Both the position numbers and the translations under genes were made by a program. The notes beneath the pieces were generated by a model, which did not search any database, was not told the origin of the DNA, and saw only the letters and a list, made by a program, of their open reading frames with translations. Shown here one piece after another: positions 1-9,987 of a stretch of 64,000 nt of DNA. The stretch spans positions 522,681 through 586,680 of the forward strand of contig MHCJ01000003.1 of the NCBI GenBank assembly GCA_001816585.1. The letters run 5' to 3'. Positions within the stretch are counted from its first letter, which is position 1, and the number at the start of each line of letters is the position of its first letter. Source of the DNA: Candidatus Chisholmbacteria bacterium RIFCSPHIGHO2_01_FULL_52_32 (lineage in GTDB: Bacteria > Patescibacteriota > Microgenomatia > UBA1400 > Chisholmbacteraceae).

Positions 1-687
1 ATCTGCCCCTGTTTTTTCACACAGATTTGCGATTTCGTTGATGAAGGCAATTCGTGTTGCGAGGTAAGCATTCGCGGCGTACTTGGTCAATTGCGCGCTC
101 TCCGGCCTCATGACGATCTTTGGGCCTTGGAGTGGCTTATGAAGATCCAAAAGCTTGGCAACGACCCATTTGTTCGTTGATCCGATGATGACACGCTGGG
201 GATTCAGGGCATCCGCGACCGCGGTTCCCTCTTTGAGAAACTCCGGTATCGAGGCACTGAAAAACTTGTTCTTCGTCTTTCTCTCAATGATTTGATCAAT
301 TTTCCTGTTCGTTGACGGAGGAACAGTTGATTTGATTACAATAATTACCCGATCTTTGATAAATGGCGCGAGGGACTGGGCAGCTGAGAACACGTATTTC
401 AAGTCAGCCTGGCCGTTTGGGGCTGACGGGGTTCCGACGCAGATGAAAATCACTTCGGAGTCTTTAACTGCCTCCTGATAACCGGATGTAAATTTCAGAC
501 GATTTTTTTTGAGATTCTCTTTGACAAGTTCTTCAAGATTCGGTTCGTAAAAAAAGATTTTTCCGGTATTGAGGAGCTTGACTTTTTCTTTGTCTACGTC
601 CAGCGCCCAGACGAAGTTCCCGAACTTGGCAAAAACTGCGGCCGTCACGACCCCAACAAAGCCGGTTCCAATTACCGTAATTTGCAT
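1..687 (-). CDS. ugd: UDP-glucose/GDP-mannose dehydrogenase family protein (runs off window start)
   Basis: Manual translation from ATG at 687: MQITVIGTGFVGVVTAAVFAKFGN...; Rossmann GxGxxG, later FICVGTP and KSTVPP motifs. Confidence 0.9.
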   Translation of the reverse strand, partial: MQITVIGTGFVGVVTAAVFAKFGNFVWALDVDKEKVKLLNTGKIFFYEPNLEELVKENLKKNRLKFTSGYQEAVKDSEVIFICVGTPSAPNGQADLKYVFSAAQSLAPFIKDRVIIVIKSTVPPSTNRKIDQIIERKTKNKFFSASIPEFLKEGTAVADALNPQRVIIGSTNKWVVAKLLDLHKPLQGPKIVMRPESAQLTKYAANAYLATRIAFINEIANLCEKTGAD

Positions 688-766
688 GGGTTAATGATAT
701 CAGAAAACCACTTTGCTTGGGAGGTGGGGCAGTTTTTTTGTTATCATAGCTTTATAAGCCATATTT

Positions 767-1510
767 ATGCGTATCGATATCCTAACCGTTTTTCCGCAGA
801 TGTTCGCAGGCCCTCTTGATGCCAGCATCGTGGCTCGGGCAAAAGAGCATGGGCTGGTTGAGGTATGGATTCATGATCTTCGGCGTTGGACGACCGATCG
901 GCGGAAAACCGTTGATGATCGGCCATACGGGGGAGGATCGGGAATGGTAATGATGGTCGAGCCCATCGATCGTGCATTACACGATCTCAAGTTAAAAGTT
1001 AAAAGTGAAAAGTTAAAAGTTATTCTTCTTAGTCCGCAAGGGAAAGTCTTTTCTCAAGCGAGGGCCAGGGATCTCGCGAAGTTAGATAATCTCATCCTTA
1101 TTGCCGGACATTATGAGGGGGTTGATGAACGGGTAAGGGAACACTTGGTTGATGAGGAAATTTCTATCGGTGATTATGTGTTAACCGGAGGCGAACTTCC
1201 GGCAATGGTCTTGGTCGATTCGATCGTTCGCCTCATTCCGGGCGTCCTGGAAAAACCTGAAGCGACCGAACTCGAGTCTTTCAGTACCTTTCACGCTCCC
1301 CCTGAATACCCCAAGAGCACGGGACGAGCAGTGCGCGGTCGTTACCCTTTGCTTGAATATCCACAATATACCCGGCCGGCAAATTTCAAGGGTTGGAAGG
1401 TTCCTGAAATCCTCCGCTCCGGAGACCATGCCGGAGTTGAAACGTGGCAGATGAAACAAGCGCTGAAACGGACGCGGGAACGCCGACCGGATTTGTTGAA
1501 AGGTAAATAA
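767..1510 (+). CDS. trmD: tRNA (guanine-N1)-methyltransferase TrmD
   Basis: [46 protein letters not shown] motifs. Confidence 0.97.
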   Translation: MRIDILTVFPQMFAGPLDASIVARAKEHGLVEVWIHDLRRWTTDRRKTVDDRPYGGGSGMVMMVEPIDRALHDLKLKVKSEKLKVILLSPQGKVFSQARARDLAKLDNLILIAGHYEGVDERVREHLVDEEISIGDYVLTGGELPAMVLVDSIVRLIPGVLEKPEATELESFSTFHAPPEYPKSTGRAVRGRYPLLEYPQYTRPANFKGWKVPEILRSGDHAGVETWQMKQALKRTRERRPDLLKGK

Positions 1511-1541
1511 GTCACCGACTTTTCTCACCAACATATCCCTG

Positions 1542-2291
1542 ATGCAACTGAAGTTTCTCACCTTAAATATTCTTAAGGGAGATCTCCTGAATAAGGTTAT
1601 CGACTTCCTTCGCAAAGAGGATCCCGATATTGTTGTGCTTCAGGAAGTTTACAATGGCACGGATTCTTTTCGTGCGCGGAAATATCGGTCATTTTCCGTC
1701 ATCAAACAGGAGCTCGGAATACCCCACGGTGCGTTTGCTCCTGCGTTTCTTGATGTTACCGAGGGTCGGAATGTTGATAACGGCAATGCGATTTTTTCAA
1801 AATTTCCTATTCGTTCTTCGCATGTCGTTTTCTTCGACGTTCCCTATGGTTCCTACATCGATTCTCCCGAAAACTATGCCCACTGCCCGAGAAATCTGTT
1901 ACGTACAATTCTGAACGTTGATTCCCGTGAAATCGATGTCATCAATACCCATGGGATTTGGGGCCTTGATGGCAAGGATAGTAAGCGCCGCCTGAAGATG
2001 AGTCAAACGATCGTAAAAAACGTTCAAGACAAGGAGCTTGTCATTCTCGCCGGAGACTTTAACCTTCAGCCTTCCACTCGAACCATCGGGAATATTGAAA
2101 AGCACCTACGGAACGTGTTTGCGGATGAGCTTCAAACGACATTCAACATGAAACGGAAAACTCACCCCGGCTACGCAGCTGCAGCGGTGGACATGATTTT
2201 TGTCAGCAGGTCCTTGCGGATTCTCGACCATTATTGCCCCCGGGTTGATGTTTCTGATCACCTGCCACTCGTTTGCATTCTGGAGGTTTAA
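1542..2291 (+). CDS. Endonuclease/exonuclease/phosphatase (EEP) family protein
   Basis: TLN, DIVVLQE, LAGDFN, VDMIF, SDHLP motifs. Confidence 0.9.
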   Translation: MQLKFLTLNILKGDLLNKVIDFLRKEDPDIVVLQEVYNGTDSFRARKYRSFSVIKQELGIPHGAFAPAFLDVTEGRNVDNGNAIFSKFPIRSSHVVFFDVPYGSYIDSPENYAHCPRNLLRTILNVDSREIDVINTHGIWGLDGKDSKRRLKMSQTIVKNVQDKELVILAGDFNLQPSTRTIGNIEKHLRNVFADELQTTFNMKRKTHPGYAAAAVDMIFVSRSLRILDHYCPRVDVSDHLPLVCILEV

Positions 2292-2317
2292 TTTGAGAAG
2301 TGTTCTTCTCGGAAGGC

Positions 2318-3208
2318 TTAACTCTGTCGCATTTGTTTTGCTACTTCGCGGAGTGATTGATCGATCGTCCTCATGGTGATTCCCAGCTCCGTTTTTATCT
2401 TTGCATTGGACATGGCAAGCCGTTTTTGATAGGGCCGTTTTGCCGTCCTGAGGTACTCTGTAAGGCTTCCCTTCATGACCGCTTGTTCGTTGTAGCTAAA
2501 GGCCCGGGCAATACTCTTGGCGAGAACATAGGGAGAAACCGCCGAGGATCCGACAACGTGATAGATCCCACGGGGGCGTTTTTGGATGATGGTACCCAGC
2601 GCTATGGCGATGTCATCGATGAATGTCGGCGTAATGATCTGATCCGAAAACATCGGGTAGAGTGTTCCTGTTTTTAGCTTTTCCAAGATGGTCCGAACGA
2701 GATCAGGCTTCAGTTTGTAGTCGGTACGGAACGGGAAAGCAATCCGCAGGATTGCGAAGCTACCGCCTGCCTTCTGTACTTCCTGCTCAGCCCAGTACTT
2801 CGTTTGGCCGTACCATTCAATCGGGTGGGGACGGTCCGTTTCCGTATAGGGTTTCCGCTTCTTCCCGTCAAAAACAAAATCAGTCGAAATGTGGATCAGA
2901 TACCTCTCCTGTTCAGCTGAATATTGTGCGACATGACGGGTTCCCAAGACATTGACTTTGTAACACGCCCCGTTTTTATCTCCCATCTGACGATAGGCTT
3001 CGTCGACATTGGTGTAGGCTGCAAAATGGACCACCGCTTCCCCACTCGCCTTCCCCATCGCTTTTTTCACGGAGGCTTCATCGGCGAGGTCGACTCCCGT
3101 CGTCAGGTCAAGGTTTTGAAAACTGAATTTGGTTGAGAGAAGCTCTTCCACACGGGAGCCGACCAATCCTGAGAGTCCGGTTGATACAATCTTAGGCCTT
3201 TTTGACAT
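2318..3208 (-). CDS. rfbD: dTDP-4-dehydrorhamnose reductase (RmlD-like SDR)
   Basis: TGLSGLVG, AAYTNVD, ISTDFVFDG, YGQTK; start moved to MSKRPKIV (ATG 3208) because the longer ORF overlaps the upstream gene. Confidence 0.9.
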   Translation of the reverse strand: MSKRPKIVSTGLSGLVGSRVEELLSTKFSFQNLDLTTGVDLADEASVKKAMGKASGEAVVHFAAYTNVDEAYRQMGDKNGACYKVNVLGTRHVAQYSAEQERYLIHISTDFVFDGKKRKPYTETDRPHPIEWYGQTKYWAEQEVQKAGGSFAILRIAFPFRTDYKLKPDLVRTILEKLKTGTLYPMFSDQIITPTFIDDIAIALGTIIQKRPRGIYHVVGSSAVSPYVLAKSIARAFSYNEQAVMKGSLTEYLRTAKRPYQKRLAMSNAKIKTELGITMRTIDQSLREVAKQMRQS

Positions 3209-3770
3209 AGCGTTCGTAGGCTCGCCGAACTTTGTCCCAGGAAAAGGTAGAACCATCAGGAAGCGGGAAGTTCTCAAACGGAAGACGTACCTCTTCCTTG
3301 GGATCATAAAGCCGGCTGGGAAAGTTGAGAAGCGTGGCTTCCTTCTGACCGACCACGAGGAATCCGTGGAGGGTGTGTGCAGGAACAAGCAGTTCATATT
3401 GACCAAGTAGTCCCTGCGATTCACCGACCAAAAAGAGATTGAGCCGATCCTTCGACGGGGAGTTTTCGCGTACATCGTAGATTGCAAAAACGACATCGCC
3501 GAAGATCACCGCATAGCGATCGACCTGACCTCCGGGATGGAAGTGCCAACGGTCAACGTCGCGGGCGGTACCGGATTTCGTAGCTGAATAATATACTTGG
3601 GTAAATGGCAACGTCTTTGCATTGTAGATATCCTCCCACGTCGTCTTGAGGATCTCGGTCAACGTCCCTCTGGGATCGGCGTTGACCACAAGCTTTCGGA
3701 TGACTACATCGTGGATTACGGGGTATCCTTTTTCCTTCGTTGTGAAGATGTTATACAGAGGTCTTTTCAT
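3192..3770 (-). CDS. rfbC: dTDP-4-dehydrorhamnose 3,5-epimerase-like cupin (RmlC)
   Basis: DPRG, WHFH, LHGF motifs; rml context. Confidence 0.8.
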   Translation of the reverse strand: MKRPLYNIFTTKEKGYPVIHDVVIRKLVVNADPRGTLTEILKTTWEDIYNAKTLPFTQVYYSATKSGTARDVDRWHFHPGGQVDRYAVIFGDVVFAIYDVRENSPSKDRLNLFLVGESQGLLGQYELLVPAHTLHGFLVVGQKEATLLNFPSRLYDPKEEVRLPFENFPLPDGSTFSWDKVRRAYERYVKKA

Positions 3771-4240
3771 TTTCCTGTCTTTTTCTCTATCTCTTCCTCC
3801 AGCGTTTTCAGGTAGTCTTGCCCTGCCTCTTCTTTTGGGGCCCAGGGGGCGAGATTCTTATGGCTGTCCGGCTCATACGGCCCTTGGACTACCTCAAACA
3901 AGGCTGTCCCCGGTTTCAAGGAGACGAAGGTGTGCCACGTCCTCGGCGGGATGTCCACGGCATACTCGGGCCCTTTCTCGTCGATGATGTGAATTTCGGT
4001 GACGTTTCCTTTGTCATCAAAGTTCAGGCAGGCGGCGCGACCTTTGAGGATGATGAAGGCTTCGATTTTGTCGGGGTTCTCGTGCTTGTGGGGAGGAATA
4101 TAACTGCCCGGTTCCATGGCGTTCACCATCCGCTGGACGGGATCACTGAATTGGTGGAAAAGAACATGTGCCCGTCTGCGGGGACTCAGCTTGGCTTTTT
4201 GCGAAAGTTCCTCTAAGAGCTTGTCAGAAACGGTTCTCAT
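3767..4240 (-). CDS. WbuC family cupin-fold metalloprotein
   Basis: SPRRRAH, PGSYIPPHKH, WHTFV, FEVVQGPY, APWAP; ATGA overlap with the rfbB stop. Confidence 0.88.
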   Translation of the reverse strand: MRTVSDKLLEELSQKAKLSPRRRAHVLFHQFSDPVQRMVNAMEPGSYIPPHKHENPDKIEAFIILKGRAACLNFDDKGNVTEIHIIDEKGPEYAVDIPPRTWHTFVSLKPGTALFEVVQGPYEPDSHKNLAPWAPKEEAGQDYLKTLEEEIEKKTGK

Positions 4241-5250
4241 CGATTTCGATATTGCTTTTGATAATACTCCTGGTATTCTCCCGACTTGACGCGTTTCCAC
4301 CAGTCCGTGTTTTGTTTATACCACACTACGGTCTTTGCCAGCCAGGTGTCAAAATCATGCTCGGGTTTCCAGCCGAGTTCCCGGTGAATTTTTGTCCAAT
4401 CCATGGCATAGCGAAGGTCGTGTCCGGGGCGATCTTTGACAAATTCTATCGCGGATTGGTCTTTTCCGAGAAGTTTGGCGATTTTTTTGACTACTTGAAG
4501 GTTCGTAACCCCATCCATTTGACCGCCAATGCAATAGGTCTCCCCGTTCTTGCCTTTCTTCACTACCAAGTCAATCGCACGGCAGTGATCCGAAACATAG
4601 AGCCAGTCCCTCACCTGATTACCTTCTCCATAGACAGGGACCTTTTTTCCTTCCAGAAGGTTCGTTGTGGCAAGCGGAATGAGTTTCTCGGGGAACTGAT
4701 AAGGTCCGAAGTTGTTTGAACAGTTGGTAATGGTGATCGGCAATCCATATGTTGTGCGGTAGGCACGCACCAAATGGTCAGACGCGGCCTTTGAGGCCGA
4801 GTAGGGACTGCGGGGGTTGTACTGCGACTGCTCATGAAATTTCTCCTTCGATCCCAGCTTTAACGTCCCGAATACCTCGTCGGTCGATACGTGGTGGAAG
4901 TGCTTGACTTTGGCTTGAAGCGCGGCATCCAAAAGAGTCTGTGTCCCGACAACATTGGTCATCATAAAGACCGCGGGACCTAAAATGGATCTGTCGACAT
5001 GGCTTTCGGCGGCGAAGTGGACGACCAGATCCACCTTGTGCATTGCGATCCGAACCGCATCGGCATCACAGATATCTCCTTTGATAAATCGGTAATTTTT
5101 CTGGTTCTCAACTTTCCGCAAGCTCTCCAAATTCCCCGCGTAGGTGAGTTTGTCCAAGTTCACAATCGAATCGTTCGGATACTTGTTCATCCAGTAGAGG
5201 ATGAAGTTTGAGCCGATAAACCCAGCGCCGCCGGTTACGAGTAACTTCAT
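4237..5250 (-). CDS. rfbB: dTDP-glucose 4,6-dehydratase RmlB
   Basis: MKLLVTGGAGFIGSNF, FAAESHVDRSI, STDEV, YSASK, DRPGHD. Confidence 0.97.
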   Translation of the reverse strand: MKLLVTGGAGFIGSNFILYWMNKYPNDSIVNLDKLTYAGNLESLRKVENQKNYRFIKGDICDADAVRIAMHKVDLVVHFAAESHVDRSILGPAVFMMTNVVGTQTLLDAALQAKVKHFHHVSTDEVFGTLKLGSKEKFHEQSQYNPRSPYSASKAASDHLVRAYRTTYGLPITITNCSNNFGPYQFPEKLIPLATTNLLEGKKVPVYGEGNQVRDWLYVSDHCRAIDLVVKKGKNGETYCIGGQMDGVTNLQVVKKIAKLLGKDQSAIEFVKDRPGHDLRYAMDWTKIHRELGWKPEHDFDTWLAKTVVWYKQNTDWWKRVKSGEYQEYYQKQYRNR

Positions 5251-5347
5251 GGATTGATGTCTAATGATCAATGGTTAATGGCTGATGACTTGAGACCAGA
5301 GATCATTGTTCTCTGTTCATTGTTTTCTGTTCACTGTTTTCTGTTAT

Positions 5348-5848
5348 TCAGGCATGCCTATCCGCAACTGACGAAGCTCCGAAGGAGTCCGGCTTGGTTT
5401 TCGCCGTGTAGCCATTTCCCATGACCATCCCGACTACTTCTTTGATCATTTCCCGCGTCTCGCCTGATTGTCCGACATCGATGTGGATTTCAAGCTCCCA
5501 GTTGCTGTTTCCGTTCAATTTCGTTGAAAGCTTCGGGACGAGCTGCTCGGCAACTTCCAATGAACGAAAGGTTTCTGTATAGATCTTTTGACGCAGGGAT
5601 CGCATCTGTTCCTTTTTTCCGTTTCTCCAGAAATATCTGCCCCCTTTTCCTATCCGATGGACCACAACCGCGGTAACAAAATTGGTGTATTTCCTGCCGC
5701 TTGCCCGTCGATCCTGCGAATCTGTACCGATCACCAAGCGGTAATGAGACTGCGGTTCTTCGTAGAGATAGTTGGCTATTCCTTCGATGACTTCTTCAAG
5801 AGAAACACGTCCAAGTGTTGGGCTTGTGAAGGTATCGATCCCAGACAT
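5348..5848 (-). CDS. RNase H-like YkuK (DUF458) family protein
   Basis: IGTDSQ, EIHIDVG, G.T, KPDSFGASSVAD. Confidence 0.85.
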   Translation of the reverse strand: MSGIDTFTSPTLGRVSLEEVIEGIANYLYEEPQSHYRLVIGTDSQDRRASGRKYTNFVTAVVVHRIGKGGRYFWRNGKKEQMRSLRQKIYTETFRSLEVAEQLVPKLSTKLNGNSNWELEIHIDVGQSGETREMIKEVVGMVMGNGYTAKTKPDSFGASSVADRHA

Positions 5849-5899
5849 GCGGGTATTATAACACGTTCCTTTTCAGGGAGAGTTTCTTTTTTCGGTTGT

Positions 5900-6256
5900 C
5901 TAGCGAACCAAAAGTGAGGGGGTGTACACCCGTTTCCCGAATTTGCAGGTTCGGTCGCAGTAGATCTCTTCGTTGTGGCAGGCGTTTTTCCCATCACAGA
6001 TCTGTTCGCCCTGGCAATACGGTTTCACGAGGAGATTAAAGATTTCGATCTTTTCTTTATTGATGACCATTTCCGTTCCTCCCTGGTCACAGCCACAGCA
6101 GGTCGTTTCGACCCAGACACAATCTGAATCCTTGCGGCAGGACTGCAGACCTTCCATCACCCCATCTTGGATGAATCCCCCTTGTGCGATGAAGAAACGC
6201 GCCGGAAGAATGACAAGGGCTGAGAGAATAACCAAAATGAGAATGATCTTTACCAT
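5900..6256 (-). CDS. Small exported cysteine-rich protein
   Basis: N-terminal hydrophobic helix; C..DSDC, CCGC and further Cys residues. Confidence 0.65.
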   Translation of the reverse strand: MVKIILILVILSALVILPARFFIAQGGFIQDGVMEGLQSCRKDSDCVWVETTCCGCDQGGTEMVINKEKIEIFNLLVKPYCQGEQICDGKNACHNEEIYCDRTCKFGKRVYTPSLLVR

Positions 6257-6341
6257 GATGCTTTTTTTACCTCCAAGCCTTGTCCACTGTTATTTAAGCT
6301 GGTTTTCCCTTCCGCTGCAAGTCTCGCTTCAAACGGCGCCC

Positions 6342-7067
6342 TCAGCCATACTTTTTCCTGGTCGCCCATTCCAGCATTTTGACCGCGAGGTACAACGGCA
6401 AGAGACATAAAAGGTTGAGGATAACAACAAACGTAAGACCGACCGCAAATGAGTTCACTATCTGTTGCAATTCGGTTATCACAGTCCCTGTTACCGACGA
6501 GGTGGTTGGGGACCAAATCGCAGCGAGACCCAGTGCGATGAGTATCGCGAGTGTCGGGAAAAGTCCTTCCCGGTCGCTTTTTGAAAGCGCCATGGTGTTT
6601 GATATCGCAAAGAGGCCGTAGAGGTACAACGCAGTTTTTAAGGAAAAGTTTGAAACGATTGTCTCTCCGATAACCCTGAGAGATTCTGGCTCAAGCGGAA
6701 ACGTGAACATGAGTCTTGAGAGGATCATCAAAAGTATCAGTCCGACCAAAAGCGGAGCGGCACCGATACAGGCGTTTCTTAAAAAATCAGCCCTGCTTAC
6801 CTTCACCGATCCCAGCCGTAATCCTTCTTTGCTCTCCCTGGGAAAAATCTCAAGCGGTCCCGTCCGAACCCCCAGCAGTCCTGCCATAAAGAAGTGCGAC
6901 AGCTCATGGATGATAACACCGGGAAAGAAGATCACCGCATAGACGACTTCTCCCAAACGTATCGAACCGGTAATAAGCATCGAGGCTTTCGCAACTGACC
7001 TCGCAAAGGCTGTCTGGAGGATAAGAAGACTTCCCAATGCCGATACTGCCCAGAGGAAAACAATCAC
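6342..7067 (-). CDS. M50-like membrane metallopeptidase
   Basis: PGVIIHELSH, GAAP, C-terminal S.SD; multiple TM segments. Confidence 0.75.
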   Translation of the reverse strand: MIVFLWAVSALGSLLILQTAFARSVAKASMLITGSIRLGEVVYAVIFFPGVIIHELSHFFMAGLLGVRTGPLEIFPRESKEGLRLGSVKVSRADFLRNACIGAAPLLVGLILLMILSRLMFTFPLEPESLRVIGETIVSNFSLKTALYLYGLFAISNTMALSKSDREGLFPTLAILIALGLAAIWSPTTSSVTGTVITELQQIVNSFAVGLTFVVILNLLCLLPLYLAVKMLEWATRKKYG

Positions 7068-8800
7068 CAGCTGCCTCCCCCTCCGCCGCCGAAACCGCCG
7101 CCCGAAAATCCCCCTCCCCCAAAACCGCTGCCGCCGCTAGACGCTGATTTTGTAGCGGGCATGGTTGTCGTTGCGGCGTTGGTAAAATCTTCCATACTGT
7201 AGGCGAAGGCATTGACCTGAAAGGGTCGGCTTCCGGTGTACCAACTCGGCGGCGGAACATTGATTTTTGCGAAGGCGGCCGCCAGTTTATGCGTCAGGCT
7301 GAAGGCTATGGCATAGGGGAGCACTTCTTCAAACAGGTTTGCCTTTTCCCAGAGTTGCTCGCGGTAGGCTCCGAGGGAAATGAAATTTCTCAAACCCAGA
7401 ACGCGTAAATACTCTTTCCTCCCGTGGGCGGTTCTCTTCGGCATGGCTTTGGCAAACAGGACGATCAGAAGCCCCGAAGATGCCAGAGCGACTCCCCATG
7501 CAACCGATTGAGAGAAGGCGGGAAAACCAAGAAGTCCAAGCGCGATTCCGATCACCCGATAGAATGTGACAACCTTGTCCGGTCTCCGCGAAAAGATGCC
7601 CTTTTTTGTCAGCGATTCGTACAGGCTGTCGCGGATTTTGGAAAGATGGGCGGCGAAGTGGTATTTCAGTTCTGACAGGAGAACCGTATCTCCGGTTTTA
7701 CCCTTCCCGAAAAGAGCAAGGACGAGTTTACTCTCGTAGTCATCAAGATTCCCGATATCTTTCTTGACCCAGATCAACCGGTAATCAGCTTTCCTGAAGA
7801 GACCGTCTTTTGCCACTTCTTCGATCCGAAGATAACCCCTGACGGCAAGGTCGACGATCGTGGCTGTGAGATCACGGAGATTCACCTCTTCATCGATAAG
7901 CGTTCCCGCCTCGGCAGGCCTGATGTCTGTTATGGGAGCGTAGGTTTGCGGGACGAGTTCCGAAGAGAAAGCGGGGAGCGTTTCAATACCTCTTGAAGGA
8001 TCAAATAAGGATTTGTACTGCTGGTCCCTGCCATGCTGCCAATAGAGCCAGAGAAGAAGTGAAAGCGTTATCAGGGGAATCGCGTAGGGCCAATTGTCGC
8101 TTACAAGCCACCAGAGTCGGGTTGTCACCGAGGGCTCCTTGATAGCACCCTTCGGAAGCGAGGTAACGATGGTGAATCCTTCAGCGGGGTTCAACTCTAT
8201 GTCGGCTTGAAAATCCACCGCCGAACCCAAGCTTCCGACCGTGCACCGGTTCAGGCTTGAGCCATAGGGGCCAGAAAAGCAGGTCGCATCGGTTGCTGGC
8301 TGGGGAAGGAGAACTTTCGCCTTCGCACTTCTGATTGAAACCGGCCAAGCATTTCCCGTGACATTCCAATACAATTCATCGTGATCGCTAAGTCTCGAGA
8401 TGACGCGCTGCACCCTGTATTTGAGGATATACGTCTGAAAACCACTGATCGTCTCATTTGGGTCCCCGATTTTAATCTCCAGGTTTTCACCTTTTCTGCT
8501 TGCCTGATATTGTCTCCCTTGCCCGTTCTCGCCCGTCACCTGATCAATTTTCAGCCGGATGTTTACTTTGTTCCCGAATCGATCGCGGTAAACGACGGGA
8601 ATCGTCCGATAAATCCCGTGCTTTGAGAGACCGTCAAAATCAACCCTGATCGTTTCCTCGACAGATACGCTGGCATCTTCATGGGCGGTGATGTTTGACT
8701 CGAATTCATCGATGACCCAACCGGTATCTTGGGCCTGTATCGGGGAGATAAGTAAAGCGAAGCTAAACAGAAGCGAAAGCAAACTACGGAATACGTCCAT
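7064..8800 (-). CDS. DUF2207 family membrane protein
   Basis: HGIYRTIP, ELYWNVTG, DLAVRGYL, LPYAIAF, C-terminal GGGFGGGGGGSW; start at MDVFRS. Confidence 0.92.
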   Translation of the reverse strand: MDVFRSLLSLLFSFALLISPIQAQDTGWVIDEFESNITAHEDASVSVEETIRVDFDGLSKHGIYRTIPVVYRDRFGNKVNIRLKIDQVTGENGQGRQYQASRKGENLEIKIGDPNETISGFQTYILKYRVQRVISRLSDHDELYWNVTGNAWPVSIRSAKAKVLLPQPATDATCFSGPYGSSLNRCTVGSLGSAVDFQADIELNPAEGFTIVTSLPKGAIKEPSVTTRLWWLVSDNWPYAIPLITLSLLLWLYWQHGRDQQYKSLFDPSRGIETLPAFSSELVPQTYAPITDIRPAEAGTLIDEEVNLRDLTATIVDLAVRGYLRIEEVAKDGLFRKADYRLIWVKKDIGNLDDYESKLVLALFGKGKTGDTVLLSELKYHFAAHLSKIRDSLYESLTKKGIFSRRPDKVVTFYRVIGIALGLLGFPAFSQSVAWGVALASSGLLIVLFAKAMPKRTAHGRKEYLRVLGLRNFISLGAYREQLWEKANLFEEVLPYAIAFSLTHKLAAAFAKINVPPPSWYTGSRPFQVNAFAYSMEDFTNAATTTMPATKSASSGGSGFGGGGFSGGGFGGGGGGSW

Positions 8801-8807
8801 GCTCACT

Positions 8808-9566
8808 CTATTGTAGCTTTTTTTTGTCCCGTTTCGATAGCCTTCCTGTAACAAATCCGAAGAGAAGCAGGGTTGCCGCCCCGAGGAAGGCGATACTGGT
8901 CCATAGAGATTCCGATTGAAGCAGGCCGCGCTTTGGTGGAGAAGTGGTCGGTTGAACAGGAGAAGGCTTCATCTCGTTTTCCCGGTTCGCATTCTCGATT
9001 GAGGCTTTGGTCGCTTCGGTTGCCTCACCCCCCCCGTTCTCCAAGCCTCCTTCGTTTTTTCCCGTAGATTTGACGATGACAACGGAGATCGGTTCTGAAA
9101 CGATGAGCCGTTTGCCGCTCTCACGTTTCGGCGCCTCAAGGCTTGCCGTCGAAGTTATTGTTTGGGCTATTGCCGATTCTCGGACGGCGACTGTCATTGT
9201 CAACTTTCCCTCGCCGGTTGCTTCAAACGATTCGAGCTCGGGGATAAAATATTCGGGAAGACTCCCAAATTCACTCGAGAGCCAATTGGAAGGTTGCGGG
9301 TCGGCGGTAACGTACGTGAGCGGGGCTCTCCCTCCAAGGGCTGTGTTCAGCGTTATCCTCACGTTTTCCGCCATCCGAGGGCCTCTGTTCCCGAAGGTAA
9401 TGGTGTAGGAAAATTCGTCTTTCGGTCTGACCTCTTTTTGCGAAGCAACGATCGAAAGGTAAGGCTCCGAGTTTTCAGCTTGCAGAGGCTCTCCCGCTTG
9501 GACGCTTGCAAGGGATAGCCACCCGATAAGTACGAACGGAAGTGCTGTGAAAAATGTTCTCATCAC
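8808..9566 (-). CDS. Secreted DUF11-like Ig domain protein with C-terminal TM anchor
   Basis: Signal peptide, YTITFGNRGP..AENVRIT, C-terminal TM plus basic tail. Confidence 0.7.
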   Translation of the reverse strand: MMRTFFTALPFVLIGWLSLASVQAGEPLQAENSEPYLSIVASQKEVRPKDEFSYTITFGNRGPRMAENVRITLNTALGGRAPLTYVTADPQPSNWLSSEFGSLPEYFIPELESFEATGEGKLTMTVAVRESAIAQTITSTASLEAPKRESGKRLIVSEPISVVIVKSTGKNEGGLENGGGEATEATKASIENANRENEMKPSPVQPTTSPPKRGLLQSESLWTSIAFLGAATLLLFGFVTGRLSKRDKKKLQ

Positions 9567-9620
9567 AAAGGCAGGGTAATTTCTTCTCTTGAAAGGGTAA
9601 CGAGAAGATTCGCAAACTTG

Positions 9621-9944
9621 TTACTGGGCAACCTTGACCTTTGGCTCCTCAAGCTTTTGGTAGAACCACCAGGTTCCCTGGAGCAGAACGGTCCAGAGGA
9701 GGATATTGAGGAAGACTTTTTCCCACATGACTTGATTTTTATCCGGGGAAAGCCAATGGGTCAGTTTTCCGGTCGGCTCGATATCTCCGGCAAGTCGGTA
9801 CTCTACTTTGTACATCACCAGAGGCCAGCCGGCTACCTTTTGGAATTCCCCAAGATTCTGAGGAAAGAAAATAGAGGTATTCGTTAACACGATCGAGAAG
9901 AAAAGAAAGGCTGCAAACGGAGTTTTCGCAAACAGGTTATACAT
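9621..9944 (-). CDS. Hypothetical membrane protein
   Basis: Two TM segments with GWP motif; same strand as neighbours. Confidence 0.55.
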   Translation of the reverse strand: MYNLFAKTPFAAFLFFSIVLTNTSIFFPQNLGEFQKVAGWPLVMYKVEYRLAGDIEPTGKLTHWLSPDKNQVMWEKVFLNILLWTVLLQGTWWFYQKLEEPKVKVAQ

Positions 9945-9987
9945 CGTTATCCACCAAGTTCCATCTTACACGCTCTCCGAAAGGATT

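Noticed and set aside
2318-3496. N-terminal extensions in the ORF track (rfbD, WbuC, sortases, creatininase, RAYT, 37124 ORF)
   Set aside because: They overlap upstream genes or repeats; downstream ATGs match family N-termini
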